Assembly (NCBI GenBank): GCA_964567595.1
Contig: CAZMNF010000001.1
Span: forward strand, 48,531-112,530
Direction: 5' to 3'
DNA: 64,000 bases
Source: an uncultured Thermotogae bacterium
Lineage (GTDB): Bacteria > Bipolaricaulota > Bipolaricaulia > RBG-16-55-9
The notes beneath the pieces were generated by a model. That model saw only the letters and a list, made by a program, of their open reading frames with translations, searched no databases and had not been told where the DNA came from. The stretch's first letter is position 1. Every line of letters begins with the position of its first letter. A program made the translations under genes and the position numbers. Shown in pieces: positions 31,317 to 40,716 of this stretch.

Positions 31317-32099
31317 ATGGACGTAAGAATCCATAACCGCGATGCGTGGAACAAATGTGTCGAGGAAGGCAATCAATGGACGATTCCCTCCTCGCCCGAT
31401 GCCATTGCGGCCGCAAGACGCGGCGAGTGGGAGATCTCCCTGACGAACGTCAAGCCCGTCCCGCGCGATTGGTTTCCCCATCTGGAGGATAGCGACGTCC
31501 TCTGTCTCGCCTCCGGCGGCGGCCAACAGGGGCCGATCCTGGCAGCCGCTGGCGCGCGCAGCGTGACCGTCTTCGACAATTCCCCCAGTCAATTGGAAGG
31601 CGATCGGGCCGTCGCCGAGCGCGAATCGCTCGTCATTGAGACCATCGAGGGCGACATGCGCGATCTGTCCATGTTCTCGGAGGAGAGCTTCGACCTGATT
31701 GTCCAGCCCGTCTCCAACGTCTTCTGTCCCGAGGTTCGGCGGGTCTGGCGCGAAGCTGCTCGCGTCACTCGTCCGGGCGGTGTGCTCATGGCCGGGCTGA
31801 TGAATCCCGACATCTATGTGTTCGACCATGAGCTGGAGGAGCAGGGCATTCTCGAGGTCAAGTTCGCCCTGCCGTACTCGGACGTCGACCGCCTCGACGC
31901 GGACGCCCGCCAGCGCAAGCGGGCCAGCAACCAGCCGCTGGAGTTCAGCCACTCGCTGACCGACCTGATCGGCGGGCAGCTCGATGCGGGGTTCCAACTG
32001 ACCGATCTCTACGAGGATCGCTTCGATCCGGACGAGAGGATCTTGGCCCAATACATGCCGACGATGATCGCCACACGGGCAGTCAAACCTAGCGCCTAG
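31317..32099 (+). CDS. class I SAM-dependent methyltransferase
   Basis: 'VLCLASGGGQQGPILA' (motif I) and 'GGVLMAG'. Confidence 0.8.
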   Translation: MDVRIHNRDAWNKCVEEGNQWTIPSSPDAIAAARRGEWEISLTNVKPVPRDWFPHLEDSDVLCLASGGGQQGPILAAAGARSVTVFDNSPSQLEGDRAVAERESLVIETIEGDMRDLSMFSEESFDLIVQPVSNVFCPEVRRVWREAARVTRPGGVLMAGLMNPDIYVFDHELEEQGILEVKFALPYSDVDRLDADARQRKRASNQPLEFSHSLTDLIGGQLDAGFQLTDLYEDRFDPDERILAQYMPTMIATRAVKPSA

Positions 32100-32147
32100 C
32101 TCGGGCCCCGTTCGGGGATCAGGCGCGCTGTGTCGCCCGCGTGCCGA

Positions 32148-32176
32148 TTGCAGCTCAACCGACGATACGCTAGACT
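32148..32176 (+). promoter_or_regulatory. sigma70-type promoter TTGCAG-17-TAGACT for the tRNA pair
   Basis: TTGCAGctcaaccgacgatacgcTAGACT ends 11 nt before tRNA-Ile. Confidence 0.5.
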
Positions 32177-32187
32177 CATGATAACTT

Positions 32188-32262
32188 GGGGCTATAGCTC
32201 AGTGGTAGAGCGCGCGCCTGATAAGCGCGAGGCCGGTGGTTCGAATCCACCTAGCCCCACCA
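32188..32262 (+). tRNA. tRNA-Ile (anticodon GAU), CCA encoded
   Basis: Folded by hand: acceptor GGGGCTA/TAGCCCC, anticodon stem CGCGC/GCGCG with loop CTGATAA, T-arm GGTGG-TTCGAAT-CCACC, discriminator A plus CCA. Confidence 0.9.
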
Positions 32263-32276
32263 CCTGCCAACGCCAT

Positions 32277-32352
32277 GGGGACGTAGCTCAGTTGGGAGAG
32301 CGCCTGCCTTGCACGCAGGAGGTCGCCGGTTCGAGTCCGGTCGTCTCCACCA
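32277..32352 (+). tRNA. tRNA-Ala (anticodon UGC), CCA encoded
   Basis: Acceptor GGGGACG/CGTCTCC with the G3:U70 identity pair, anticodon loop CTTGCAC, T-loop TTCGAGT, A plus CCA. Confidence 0.9.
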
Positions 32353-32530
32353 CCACCGATCACTTCAACGTCTGCCGTTTCCCTCTGCCAAACATCTCAG
32401 TCAACCCCGAACATCTCGTTGGTGTTGGGCAATTACAGAGATCAACCGAACTCACTGGGACATGAGTCCTTGAAATCGTACGTGACGTCAATCAGGCTCG
32501 ATCCCATCCGACAACAGCGGTGGTGAGGAC

Positions 32531-33298
32531 ATGCGAACGATTGCGGTGGCATCGCAGAAGGGCGGTGTGGGCAAGACGTCCTTTGTGCAGAACGTCGGCT
32601 ACCAGCTTGCCTCGCAAGGCCAGACCGTCGCGCTGATCGACTTCGATCCCCAAGCCAATCTCACCATGAGCTACGGCGTCGAGGCCGACGACAAACGGGC
32701 GACCGTGCTCGACGCGCTCGAGGCCCCCGAGCGGACGCCGGAGACGCTGACGCGGGCCCGCGAGGGGCTTCCCTTGTATCTCATGCCCTCGTCGATGGAC
32801 CTGTCCGCCGCGGAGGTCAACTACGCCTCGGACATCGAACGCCAGTTCAAGCTGGACGAGGCGATCCGCGGACTGGAAGGACAAGGTGTCGACGTCGTTA
32901 TGATCGATGCGCCCCCGTCCTTGGGCTTCTACACGGTCAACGCCCTGGTGGCGGCCAACGAGTTTCTCATTCCGCTGCAGTGCCAAGGGCTGGCGTGGCG
33001 AGCCCTGGATCAGCTCTTCGGCATCATCGACCGCATCAAGCGCAAACTCAATGCCGAGCTGAGCTTCGGCGGCATCGCCCTGACGTTTTTCGACTCGCGC
33101 AACAACCTCTCCATCCAAGTGGCCGACCAGGCGCGCGAGCAGTTCGCTGGCAAGGTCTTCGAATACGTGGTGCCCGTGAACGTCAAGATCGCCGAGGCGC
33201 CGCTGCGCGGGCTGACCGTGATCGAACACGCGCCGGCGTCGCGAGGCGCTGAGGCCTATCGCCATCTCGCCGAGGAGGTGATCCAGCATGGCGAATGA
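32531..33298 (+). CDS. parA: ParA/Soj-family partition ATPase
   Basis: Deviant Walker A 'SQKGGVGKTS', plus 'VVMIDAPPSLG'. Confidence 0.85.
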   Translation: MRTIAVASQKGGVGKTSFVQNVGYQLASQGQTVALIDFDPQANLTMSYGVEADDKRATVLDALEAPERTPETLTRAREGLPLYLMPSSMDLSAAEVNYASDIERQFKLDEAIRGLEGQGVDVVMIDAPPSLGFYTVNALVAANEFLIPLQCQGLAWRALDQLFGIIDRIKRKLNAELSFGGIALTFFDSRNNLSIQVADQAREQFAGKVFEYVVPVNVKIAEAPLRGLTVIEHAPASRGAEAYRHLAEEVIQHGE

Positions 33299-33584
33299 TC
33301 GACTGGAGCTGGGCAAGGTTCGCAATTGGGAGCACGCCATCGATGCCGGGCCGACCGACAGTCGGCAGCAGGGAACGCCCAAGCCGGAGAAGTGGAAGCG
33401 GCGCACGTTCCTCTTGACGCCCGAGTTGGCCGAGCGCATCGATGAGCTGGCCGAGCAATACGCCGTGGAGAAGAACGCGCTCGTGCGCTACGCGCTCGAC
33501 GTGATGATCTCGCAAATTGAGACGGGCGAGCACGAGCTCCCCGTCAAGGAGAAGGTCGTGCGCGAGATCGAGTGGGAGGGTTGA
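33288..33584 (+). CDS. small ribbon-helix-helix-like protein, putative ParG-type partner of ParA
   Basis: Its ATG overlaps the parA 3' end by 11 nt. Disordered, charged N-terminus, then 'KRRTFLLTPELAERIDELAEQYAVEKNALVRYALDVMISQ' (beta-alpha-alpha pattern). Confidence 0.6.
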   Translation: MANDRLELGKVRNWEHAIDAGPTDSRQQGTPKPEKWKRRTFLLTPELAERIDELAEQYAVEKNALVRYALDVMISQIETGEHELPVKEKVVREIEWEG

Positions 33585-33675
33585 CCGTCGGGGCAGAGCT
33601 GGATGCCCGCCCGTGAAGGGCAAACAAGAGGGTTCGCCCCCTTCAGAAATAGACAGAAACACACGGACTTGAGCG

Positions 33676-34461
33676 CTAGGCTGGCACGATCCGCCGCGCG
33701 AGCATCAGAAACCCCGTGTGTCGGACCCCTTCGTGTTGGGGGCGCACGCTCGGCGGGTTGACGTGCCAGAAGCGCAACAGCGATTCAAACGTGTCGAGCT
33801 GTTGGAACTCGGGATGCTCGCGTAGGTCGTCCACGAACCGCTCAATCTGCGTCACGCTCGGGACGTAGACGGCCAACAGGCCACCGGGTTGGAGGGCCTC
33901 AGTCAACTCGGGCAGCGCGGCCCACGGCTCGGGCAGATCGAGAATGACCCGATCCAGGCCCCGTTCGGCGATGCCGTCGGCGACGTCGCCAATTCGCAAG
34001 TGGAGCCACGAGGGCCTCTTGTCGAAAAATTCAGCAGCGTTCTCGCGCGTCAGTGCCAGCATGTCCTCGCGGACATCGTAGCTGTAGACTCGGCCTTTCG
34101 GTCCAACGGCGCTCAACAGCGCCAGCGACAGCGCGCCTGAGCCCGCTCCCGCCGTCATGACGCGCATCCCGGCCCGAATGTCGGCCCACACCAACAGCGC
34201 CCCGATCTCCTTCGGGTAGACGATCCCGCTCTTGCGCTTCATGTTCAGAATGAAGTCGCTCAGCGTCGGTCGGACGATCGTGACCGGCCGGTCCAGGTGC
34301 GTGCGGACCTTCAAGCCGGGCGGGCGCCCGATGATCGCGTCACAGTCGATCGTGCCCAAGTGGAGCGAGAGGTGCTCGCCCGCCTGGAGCCGCTTAAGCA
34401 CGACGTTCTGCTGGGCGTGGATGGCGATCAGGTCGCCGTCTTGGAGGCCGTCGTCAGGCAT
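33676..34461 (-). CDS. trmI: tRNA (adenine-N1)-methyltransferase TrmI/Gcd14 family
   Basis: N-terminal beta-domain followed by 'VMTAGAGSGALSLALL' and 'DRVILDLPEPW'. Confidence 0.85.
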   Translation of the reverse strand: MPDDGLQDGDLIAIHAQQNVVLKRLQAGEHLSLHLGTIDCDAIIGRPPGLKVRTHLDRPVTIVRPTLSDFILNMKRKSGIVYPKEIGALLVWADIRAGMRVMTAGAGSGALSLALLSAVGPKGRVYSYDVREDMLALTRENAAEFFDKRPSWLHLRIGDVADGIAERGLDRVILDLPEPWAALPELTEALQPGGLLAVYVPSVTQIERFVDDLREHPEFQQLDTFESLLRFWHVNPPSVRPQHEGVRHTGFLMLARRIVPA

Positions 34462-34494
34462 GGCCCAAGGCCCACATCCGGGACGCGGGGCGCG

Positions 34495-35265
34495 TCACAA
34501 TGCCCCGCGCACGTCGTCGAGATAGCTCCGCACGCCCTTGGCGAAGAGGCCGCTCGTGCCGGTGCACAGCCACTGGATCCCGCTCTCGCGCCACCGTTGC
34601 GCGGCCTCCGCGTTCTGGGCGATCGTCCCGACGGCCTTGCCGGCCTCGCGGGCATGTTGCGACAGCCGCTCGATGATGCGTATCACGTCCGGATGCTGGG
34701 CCTGTCCCGGCAGGCCGAGGGCGGTTGATAAGTCCGACGGGCCGAAAAAGATCAAGTCGACGTGGTCCGTGTTGGCAATGTCGTCGAAATGATCGACGGC
34801 CTCGTGGGTTTCAATCTGCACGCCGATGAACGTCTCGCGGTTGGCGTCTTCCACGTGCTGGCCGATGCCGCCCTCACCGAGGCCCCACTGCGAGGTCCGG
34901 CTCGGCGCCAGGCCGCGCTTTCCAATGGGGGGATACTTCACGGCGTCCACGACGCGCTGGGCGTCGTCGCCCGTGTTGACCAACGGGATCAGCACGCCCT
35001 GGGCGCCGCTCTCCAGGAACTTCTGGATCGTCTGTGGGTCGTTCCGGCCCACGCGGGCGACGGGCGTGACGTCGTGAAGTTCGGCCGCGCGAATCAGCTC
35101 TTCGGCCAGCTTCGGCGTCAGGCTGGTGTGCTCGGCGTCAACAATGACGAAGTCGATCCCGCTCAGGCCGAGGATCTCCACGAGTTCGGGATGCGGAACG
35201 TTGACGAACGCCCCAACGAGCGACTCGCCATCCTGGATGCGTTGCTTCATTCGGTTGGGTCTCAT
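34495..35265 (-). CDS. HpcH/HpaI-family aldolase
   Basis: 'IDFVIVDAEHTSL', 'ARVGRNDPQTIQKFLESGAQGVLIP' and 'VQIET'. Confidence 0.8.
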   Translation of the reverse strand: MRPNRMKQRIQDGESLVGAFVNVPHPELVEILGLSGIDFVIVDAEHTSLTPKLAEELIRAAELHDVTPVARVGRNDPQTIQKFLESGAQGVLIPLVNTGDDAQRVVDAVKYPPIGKRGLAPSRTSQWGLGEGGIGQHVEDANRETFIGVQIETHEAVDHFDDIANTDHVDLIFFGPSDLSTALGLPGQAQHPDVIRIIERLSQHAREAGKAVGTIAQNAEAAQRWRESGIQWLCTGTSGLFAKGVRSYLDDVRGAL

Positions 35266-35275
35266 GAGGAGGATC

Positions 35276-37033
35276 CTAGGTCTGTTGTTGCTGCTGGCGT
35301 TGGCGTTCCTTTTCGCGCTCCTTCTCGCGCCGCTTCTTCGCCTTGCGCTCCTCGATCTGGATCTTTGACCACTGGTCCTTCAACGTCACGGCCCGGTTGA
35401 GGACGACGCGATCGTCCGAGGAGGCCTCGTCGACGCGGAAGTAGCCGAGCCGCTCGAACTGGATCGTCTCGCCAATTGCCAGCTCCTGGACGCTCGGCTC
35501 TGCCAAACAGCCATCCACAATCTCCAGCGAATCGGGATTCAGGCTGTTCTTCCAGTCCTCGCCCTCCTCGACGTCGGTGGGATCTTCGCGGTTGAAGAGC
35601 CGATCGTAGAGCCGGGCTTCCACGGGGACGGCGTGCGGCGCGGAGACCCAGTGCAGCGTCGACTTCACCTTGCGCCCGTCCGGGGCGTAGCCGCCGCGGG
35701 TCTCGGGATCGTAGGTGCAGCGCACTTCCACGATGGTTCCCTCGTCGTCCTTCACGATGTCCGTGCACGTGACAAAATACCCGTAGCGCAGCCGAACCTC
35801 GCGGCCGGGGGTGAGGCGATAGAACTTGTTCGGCGGGTCCTCCATGAAGTCGCTCTGCTCGATGTAGAGCTCCCGCGAGAACGGGATCTTCCGTTGGCCG
35901 GCACTTTCGTCCTCCGGGTTGTTGACCGCGTCCAGGTGCTCGACCTCGTCCTCGGGATAGTTGTCAATGACCAGCTTCAGTGGCCGCAAGACGCCCATGC
36001 GGCGCGGAGCCTCCTGGTTGAGCACGTCGCGGACGCACTCCTCGAGCATCCCCATCTCGTGGACGCTGTTCTTCTTGGCCACCCCGATCTGGTGACAGAA
36101 GTCTCGAATCGCTCCGGGCGGAAACCCGCGCCGGCGCATGCCGCGCAGCGTCGGCATGCGCGGGTCGTCCCAACCGCTCACGTGGCCTTGCTCGACGAGC
36201 TCGATCAGCTTGCGCTTGCTCAGCACCGTGTAGCTGATGTTGAGTCGAGCAAACTCGATCTGCTTCGGCGGATCCTCAAATTCCAACTGCTCGATCAGCC
36301 AGTTGTAGAGCGGGCGGTGATCCTGGAACTCCAGCGAGCAGAGCGAGTGCGTGATCCCCTCGATGGCGTCGGATTGGCCGTGGGCCATGTCGTAGGTGGG
36401 ATAGATGCACCACGCCTCGCCCGTGCGATGGTGCGAGGCGTGCAGCACCCGATACAGCACGGGATCGCGCATGTTCATGTTGGAGGCGGCCATGTCGATC
36501 TTGGCCCGCAGCACGGCCTCGCCCTCGTTGAACTCCCCGTTCTTCATGCGCTCAAACAGATCGAGGTTTTCCTCGACCGAGCGATCGCGATAGGGGCTGT
36601 TCGTCCCGGATTCGTTCCAGGAGCCGCGGTACTCGCGGATCTCGTCGGGGCTGAGGCTATCGACGTACGCCTTGCCCTTCTTGATGAGATCGACGGCAAA
36701 TTCATAGAGCTCGTCGAAGTAGTCGGAGGCGTAGAACTCGCGATCCGCCCAGTCAAAGCCGAGCCAATGGATATCTTCCTTCATCGCTTCGGCGTAGTGG
36801 CTCTCCTCGGCGATCGGGTTGGTGTCGTCAAAGCGCAAATTGCACTTGCCCCCGTACTCCTCGGCGACACTGAAGTTGAGCACGATCGCCTTGGAGTGGC
36901 CAATGTGGAGATACCCGTTCGGCTCGGGCGGGAAGCGGGTGTGGACGCACCCGTCGTAGGCACCCTTGTCAATGTCGTCCTCAATGATCTCGCGGACGAA
37001 GTCCAGTGGGTCGTCGGTTCCGGCTTTCGACAT
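35276..37033 (-). CDS. glnS: glutamine--tRNA ligase with a K/R/E/Q-rich C-terminal tail
   Basis: '[17 protein letters not shown]' (HIGH) and 'VLSKRKL' (KMSKS). The tail reads '[26 protein letters not shown]'. Confidence 0.9.
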   Translation of the reverse strand: MSKAGTDDPLDFVREIIEDDIDKGAYDGCVHTRFPPEPNGYLHIGHSKAIVLNFSVAEEYGGKCNLRFDDTNPIAEESHYAEAMKEDIHWLGFDWADREFYASDYFDELYEFAVDLIKKGKAYVDSLSPDEIREYRGSWNESGTNSPYRDRSVEENLDLFERMKNGEFNEGEAVLRAKIDMAASNMNMRDPVLYRVLHASHHRTGEAWCIYPTYDMAHGQSDAIEGITHSLCSLEFQDHRPLYNWLIEQLEFEDPPKQIEFARLNISYTVLSKRKLIELVEQGHVSGWDDPRMPTLRGMRRRGFPPGAIRDFCHQIGVAKKNSVHEMGMLEECVRDVLNQEAPRRMGVLRPLKLVIDNYPEDEVEHLDAVNNPEDESAGQRKIPFSRELYIEQSDFMEDPPNKFYRLTPGREVRLRYGYFVTCTDIVKDDEGTIVEVRCTYDPETRGGYAPDGRKVKSTLHWVSAPHAVPVEARLYDRLFNREDPTDVEEGEDWKNSLNPDSLEIVDGCLAEPSVQELAIGETIQFERLGYFRVDEASSDDRVVLNRAVTLKDQWSKIQIEERKAKKRREKEREKERQRQQQQQT

Positions 37034-37203
37034 AAAGGTCAGTCACTCCCGATAATGATGTCACGCGTGCGGCGCTCGCGAGGCTTGCCAAATTGCTCCT
37101 GATCGTAACTTGGGCCCCCTTGGGTTGCAATTTGAGGATATCGGTTGGGATTCTGTTGGCAGGGCAGCTGTGTCATCGCGTTTGTCAACGAGGAGGTCCA
37201 ACC

Positions 37204-37515
37204 ATGCTGATCTTCCAGTTCCATCACTACGTCAAGTCCGAGCACGTGGAGACCTACAAGGACGCCATCCTGGCCAACGCCCGCGAGACGCTCAAGGAGC
37301 CGGGCGTGCTCCGCTTCGACGTCCTCCAAGATGCCGAGGATCCCACCCACTTCAGTCTGTTGGAAGTCTATCGCGATGAGGCCGCCCGCGAACACCATCT
37401 GGAGACCGAGCACTTCAAGACGTTCAGGGACCTCGTCCGCGAGCACGACGTCTTCGTGCAGTCCGGGCAAGCGAATCAGTTCGAGGCGCTCTTCCCTGAC
37501 GATTTTCCGAATTGA
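37204..37515 (+). CDS. ABM-domain (antibiotic biosynthesis monooxygenase-like) protein
   Basis: 103 aa, 'MLIFQFHHYVK...RFDVLQD..DPTHFSLLEVYRDEAAREHHLETEHF'. GAGGAGG lies 7 nt upstream of the ATG at 37204. Confidence 0.75.
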   Translation: MLIFQFHHYVKSEHVETYKDAILANARETLKEPGVLRFDVLQDAEDPTHFSLLEVYRDEAAREHHLETEHFKTFRDLVREHDVFVQSGQANQFEALFPDDFPN

Positions 37516-37519
37516 GTGC

Positions 37520-38494
37520 TTATGACCCGCCGAGGTCGGACGCGCTTGGTACGCCGCCCAAACTCGTCGCCTCGGTGACCGCCCGTCGAATGGCGCCCGT
37601 GAGCGCGTCCTGAGCGAAGCCGGCGATGTGGTTCAGGTCGACGTCGGAGCGCTGCTGGCCCGTGGAGACCGCGACCCCGACGTCGCCGTCGAACGTCCCG
37701 TGCGCGGGCGAGTGGGTGCGCACCAATGCTCCATCCGTCATGCGGGCCAGGCGGGTCAGCTCGGATCGACCGAGCTCAACCTCGGTTGCGACGACCCAGA
37801 GCGTCGTGTTGCTGCCGCGTCCGCTGAAGCGTCGGCGCAACGTCCCCTGGCGGATCTGCTCCGCCGTCGAGATGAAGTGCTCGCCCGTTTCATCCCGCAG
37901 CCCGGCGATGATCCCGCCAGTCTCTGCATCGAGAATATCGCCGAAGGCGTTGACAATGGCGAGCGCCCCGATCGGGCCGTAGGGGCTGTCCACGCTGGCC
38001 GTGCCGAGCCCCGTCTTCGTCGCCCGCTCTAGGCTGAAGAGGTTTCCAATGGTTGCGCCCGTCCCCGCGCCGACGCAGCCCTCGTCGATGGTGCCGTCCG
38101 TGGCACGCTCGCACGCTTGATGGCCCATCTCGACGTCGGGCCGTCGGTCGGCGTCGCCGACCCCGAGGTCGAAGAGAATGGCCGTGGGCACGATGGGCAC
38201 GACGGCGACGCCGACGTCGAACCCGATGCCGTGGCCTTCGAGACAGCGCATCGCGCCGCCGCCCGCGTCGAGGCCGTAGTCGCTGCCGCCGGACAACACC
38301 AAAGCGTGGATCGTCTCGTTCAGATGGGTCTCCCGAAAGACGTCGGCCTTGCGGGTGCCCGTGGCGTAACCGGGCGGCGCCCAGCCGGCGCGGGCGCCGC
38401 CTTCAAAGACGACCGCGGTGCAGCCCGTGATCGCGTCGAGGTCGTGGGCGTGCCCGACACGGATCCCGGCAACGTCCGTGATGGCGCCGGACAT
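37520..38494 (-). CDS. DmpA/S58 (P1) family aminopeptidase
   Basis: 'ITDVAGIRVGHAHD...TGCTAVVF' and 'GSNTTLWVVATE'. Start at the internal ATG at 38494. Confidence 0.8.
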   Translation of the reverse strand: MSGAITDVAGIRVGHAHDLDAITGCTAVVFEGGARAGWAPPGYATGTRKADVFRETHLNETIHALVLSGGSDYGLDAGGGAMRCLEGHGIGFDVGVAVVPIVPTAILFDLGVGDADRRPDVEMGHQACERATDGTIDEGCVGAGTGATIGNLFSLERATKTGLGTASVDSPYGPIGALAIVNAFGDILDAETGGIIAGLRDETGEHFISTAEQIRQGTLRRRFSGRGSNTTLWVVATEVELGRSELTRLARMTDGALVRTHSPAHGTFDGDVGVAVSTGQQRSDVDLNHIAGFAQDALTGAIRRAVTEATSLGGVPSASDLGGS

Positions 38495-38498
38495 CGAC

Positions 38499-40007
38499 CT
38501 AGTCCAGCGCGCCGTAGATGCCGCTGTACTTGTCCCGGATGTAGTCGATGAAGTCGTCGGCGCCGAGCGTCTGTCCCGTAGCCCGCTGCAACAGCTCCTG
38601 GGGCGCGAACTTTTTGCCATGCTGGTGGACGTTCGTGCGCATCCAGGTCAACAGATCGCCGAACTCGCCATTGGCGATCTGATCCTCGAGATCGGGGATC
38701 GATGCGTTGGCCGCGCGATAGAGCTGGCACGACATCAGGTTGCCGAGCGCGTACGTGGGGAAGTACCCCAAAGCGCCCATGGACCAGTGGATGTCCTGCA
38801 GCACGCCCTGGGCGTGGTTGGGCGGCGTGATGCCGAGATAATCTTCCATCTTCGCGTTCCAGGCGTCGGGCAGGTCCCCGATGGCGATCTCGTCGTCGAG
38901 CATGGCGTTCTCCAACTCGAACCGCAGCATAATGTGAAGGTTGTAGGTGACCTCATCGGCTTCCACGCGGATGAACGAGGGCTCGGCGCGGTTGATCGCG
39001 CGATAGAAGTGATCCAGCGTGACATCGCCCAGTTGGTCCGGGAACGTCTCTTGGAGTTCGGGATAGTAGTGGCGCCAGAAGGCGTAGCTCCGCCCGACGA
39101 GGTTCTCCCAGAGGCGCGACTGGGACTCGTGGAGCCCGAGCGAGGCGTTGCTGCCCAAGGGCGTGTCGGCCAGCTCCTCGGGAATGCCTTGCTCGTAGAG
39201 CCCGTGACCGCACTCGTGCAGCGTGCCGAACAGCCCGCTCGGGAGATAGGTCTCCGACATCCGGGTGGTCAATCGGACGTCGGTGGGGGCGAAACTGGTC
39301 GTGAACGGGTGCGTGGAGTAGTCCTGCCGACCGCAGTTCGTGTCGAAGCCGTAGTCTTCCACCACCGACAATCCGAATGCCCACTGCTTGTCCGTGGGGA
39401 AGTGGCGTTTAACGACGCCGCCGTCGGGCGGCTCCCGTTCCGAAATCTGCTGGACGATCGGGACGAGCTTCTCGCGCAGGTCTTGAAAGATGCGCTCGAC
39501 GTCGGCCGTCTTCATCTCGGGCTCGAAGTTGTCGAGCAGCGCGTCGTACATGCGGTCGGCGTAGCCGAGCGCGTCGGCCACCCGCTTGTTCAGATCGACC
39601 AGCTTCTCCAAATGCGGCTGGAATTTGGCGAAATCGTCGGTCTCGCGGGCCTCTTTCCAGGCTTCCTTGGCGTGGGAGCTCGTGCGGCTCAGCTCGGCGA
39701 TCAGCTCGCTGGGGATCTTGGTCGCCTTGTCGAACTCGCGCCGCGTGACCCGGACGAGGCTGGCCTCGTACGAGTCGGGATCGGCGTCGGCGTGCTCGCT
39801 CTCGAGCTGATCCAGCAACGTTCCGATCTCGTCGTCGGTGAAGAACTGGTGCGAGAGCTGGGTGAGCGTGGCCAAGTGCTGGGCCCGCGCCTCGGCGCCG
39901 CCGGCTGGCATGTAAGTCTCCTGGTCCCAGTTCAGCACGGCGGATGCCGAACCGAGGTGTGACACGCGCGCCAACAGCTGGTGGAGTCGATCGAGTTTCT
40001 CGGACAC
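38499..40007 (-). CDS. M32 carboxypeptidase (Taq type)
   Basis: 'HECGHGLYEQG' (HExxH), 'HESQSRLWEN' and 'IRVEADEVTYNLHI'. GTG start at 40007, 5 nt after GAAGGAGG. Confidence 0.85.
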   Translation of the reverse strand: MSEKLDRLHQLLARVSHLGSASAVLNWDQETYMPAGGAEARAQHLATLTQLSHQFFTDDEIGTLLDQLESEHADADPDSYEASLVRVTRREFDKATKIPSELIAELSRTSSHAKEAWKEARETDDFAKFQPHLEKLVDLNKRVADALGYADRMYDALLDNFEPEMKTADVERIFQDLREKLVPIVQQISEREPPDGGVVKRHFPTDKQWAFGLSVVEDYGFDTNCGRQDYSTHPFTTSFAPTDVRLTTRMSETYLPSGLFGTLHECGHGLYEQGIPEELADTPLGSNASLGLHESQSRLWENLVGRSYAFWRHYYPELQETFPDQLGDVTLDHFYRAINRAEPSFIRVEADEVTYNLHIMLRFELENAMLDDEIAIGDLPDAWNAKMEDYLGITPPNHAQGVLQDIHWSMGALGYFPTYALGNLMSCQLYRAANASIPDLEDQIANGEFGDLLTWMRTNVHQHGKKFAPQELLQRATGQTLGADDFIDYIRDKYSGIYGALD

Positions 40008-40146
40008 GGTGCCTCCTTCTGTGGGGTTCGATAGGTGTCGTGACGCCCTACGATAGCCGACCGTTCGGTCATGAATCAAGCATTCCTTGAGAGCATGGGG
40101 GATTTCGCCGTCGTCTGCTAGGATGGATCGGAAGGAGGATGAGATC

Positions 40147-40569
40147 ATGCCGAATGTCAATCTGACCTGGAACCGGGGCCTGCGCTTCGTGGCGCAGACG
40201 GACAGCGGCCACGCGGTGGTGGCCGACACTGACCCCGACGTGGGCGGGCTGGCGTCCGCGGCTTCGCCCGTCGAGCTGCTGCTCGGCGGCGTCGCCGGAT
40301 GCACGGCGATGGACGTCATGTCCATCTTGAGGAAAAAGCGCGTCCAAGTGGACGACCTCGAGATCGAGACCGAGGCAGAGATGGCATCCGAGCCCCCGAA
40401 GCATTTGCCGGCGATCCATCTCGTCTACAAGGTCTGGGGCCCGAACGTCACCGAGGAGGCGCTCGAGCGGGCGATCGAGCTCTCCCACGAGAAGTACTGC
40501 ACGGTCTCCAACACCGTCAACGGCGTCGCGACGATCACCTGGGAGCACCGGATCAACCCGGAAGGGTGA
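40147..40569 (+). CDS. osmC: OsmC/Ohr-family peroxiredoxin
   Basis: 'PVELLLGGVAGCTAMD' and 'SHEKYCTVSNTV'. Confidence 0.85.
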   Translation: MPNVNLTWNRGLRFVAQTDSGHAVVADTDPDVGGLASAASPVELLLGGVAGCTAMDVMSILRKKRVQVDDLEIETEAEMASEPPKHLPAIHLVYKVWGPNVTEEALERAIELSHEKYCTVSNTVNGVATITWEHRINPEG

Positions 40570-40716
40570 ATCCCGAGCGTCTGGAAGATCCGGGCTTCCC
40601 CTTCTAGAATCGGTTCAGCATGCGGCTATACCTGCCGCCATCAGAATATCGCACACGCTCCGGCTGGCGTGATCCGACCGGCCCGAGCGTGCGGCGATGC
40701 TCACAAAGGGGGATGT

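Noticed and set aside
32353-33675. Genomic island integrated at the tRNA-Ala 3' end.
   Set aside because: There is no integrase or recombinase. No direct repeat of the tRNA-Ala 3' end occurs downstream; only a 6-nt GGTTCG coincidence near 33638. The parA/RHH genes have the same GC content and codon look as their neighbours. It is kept only as a low-weight alternative in the parA finding.
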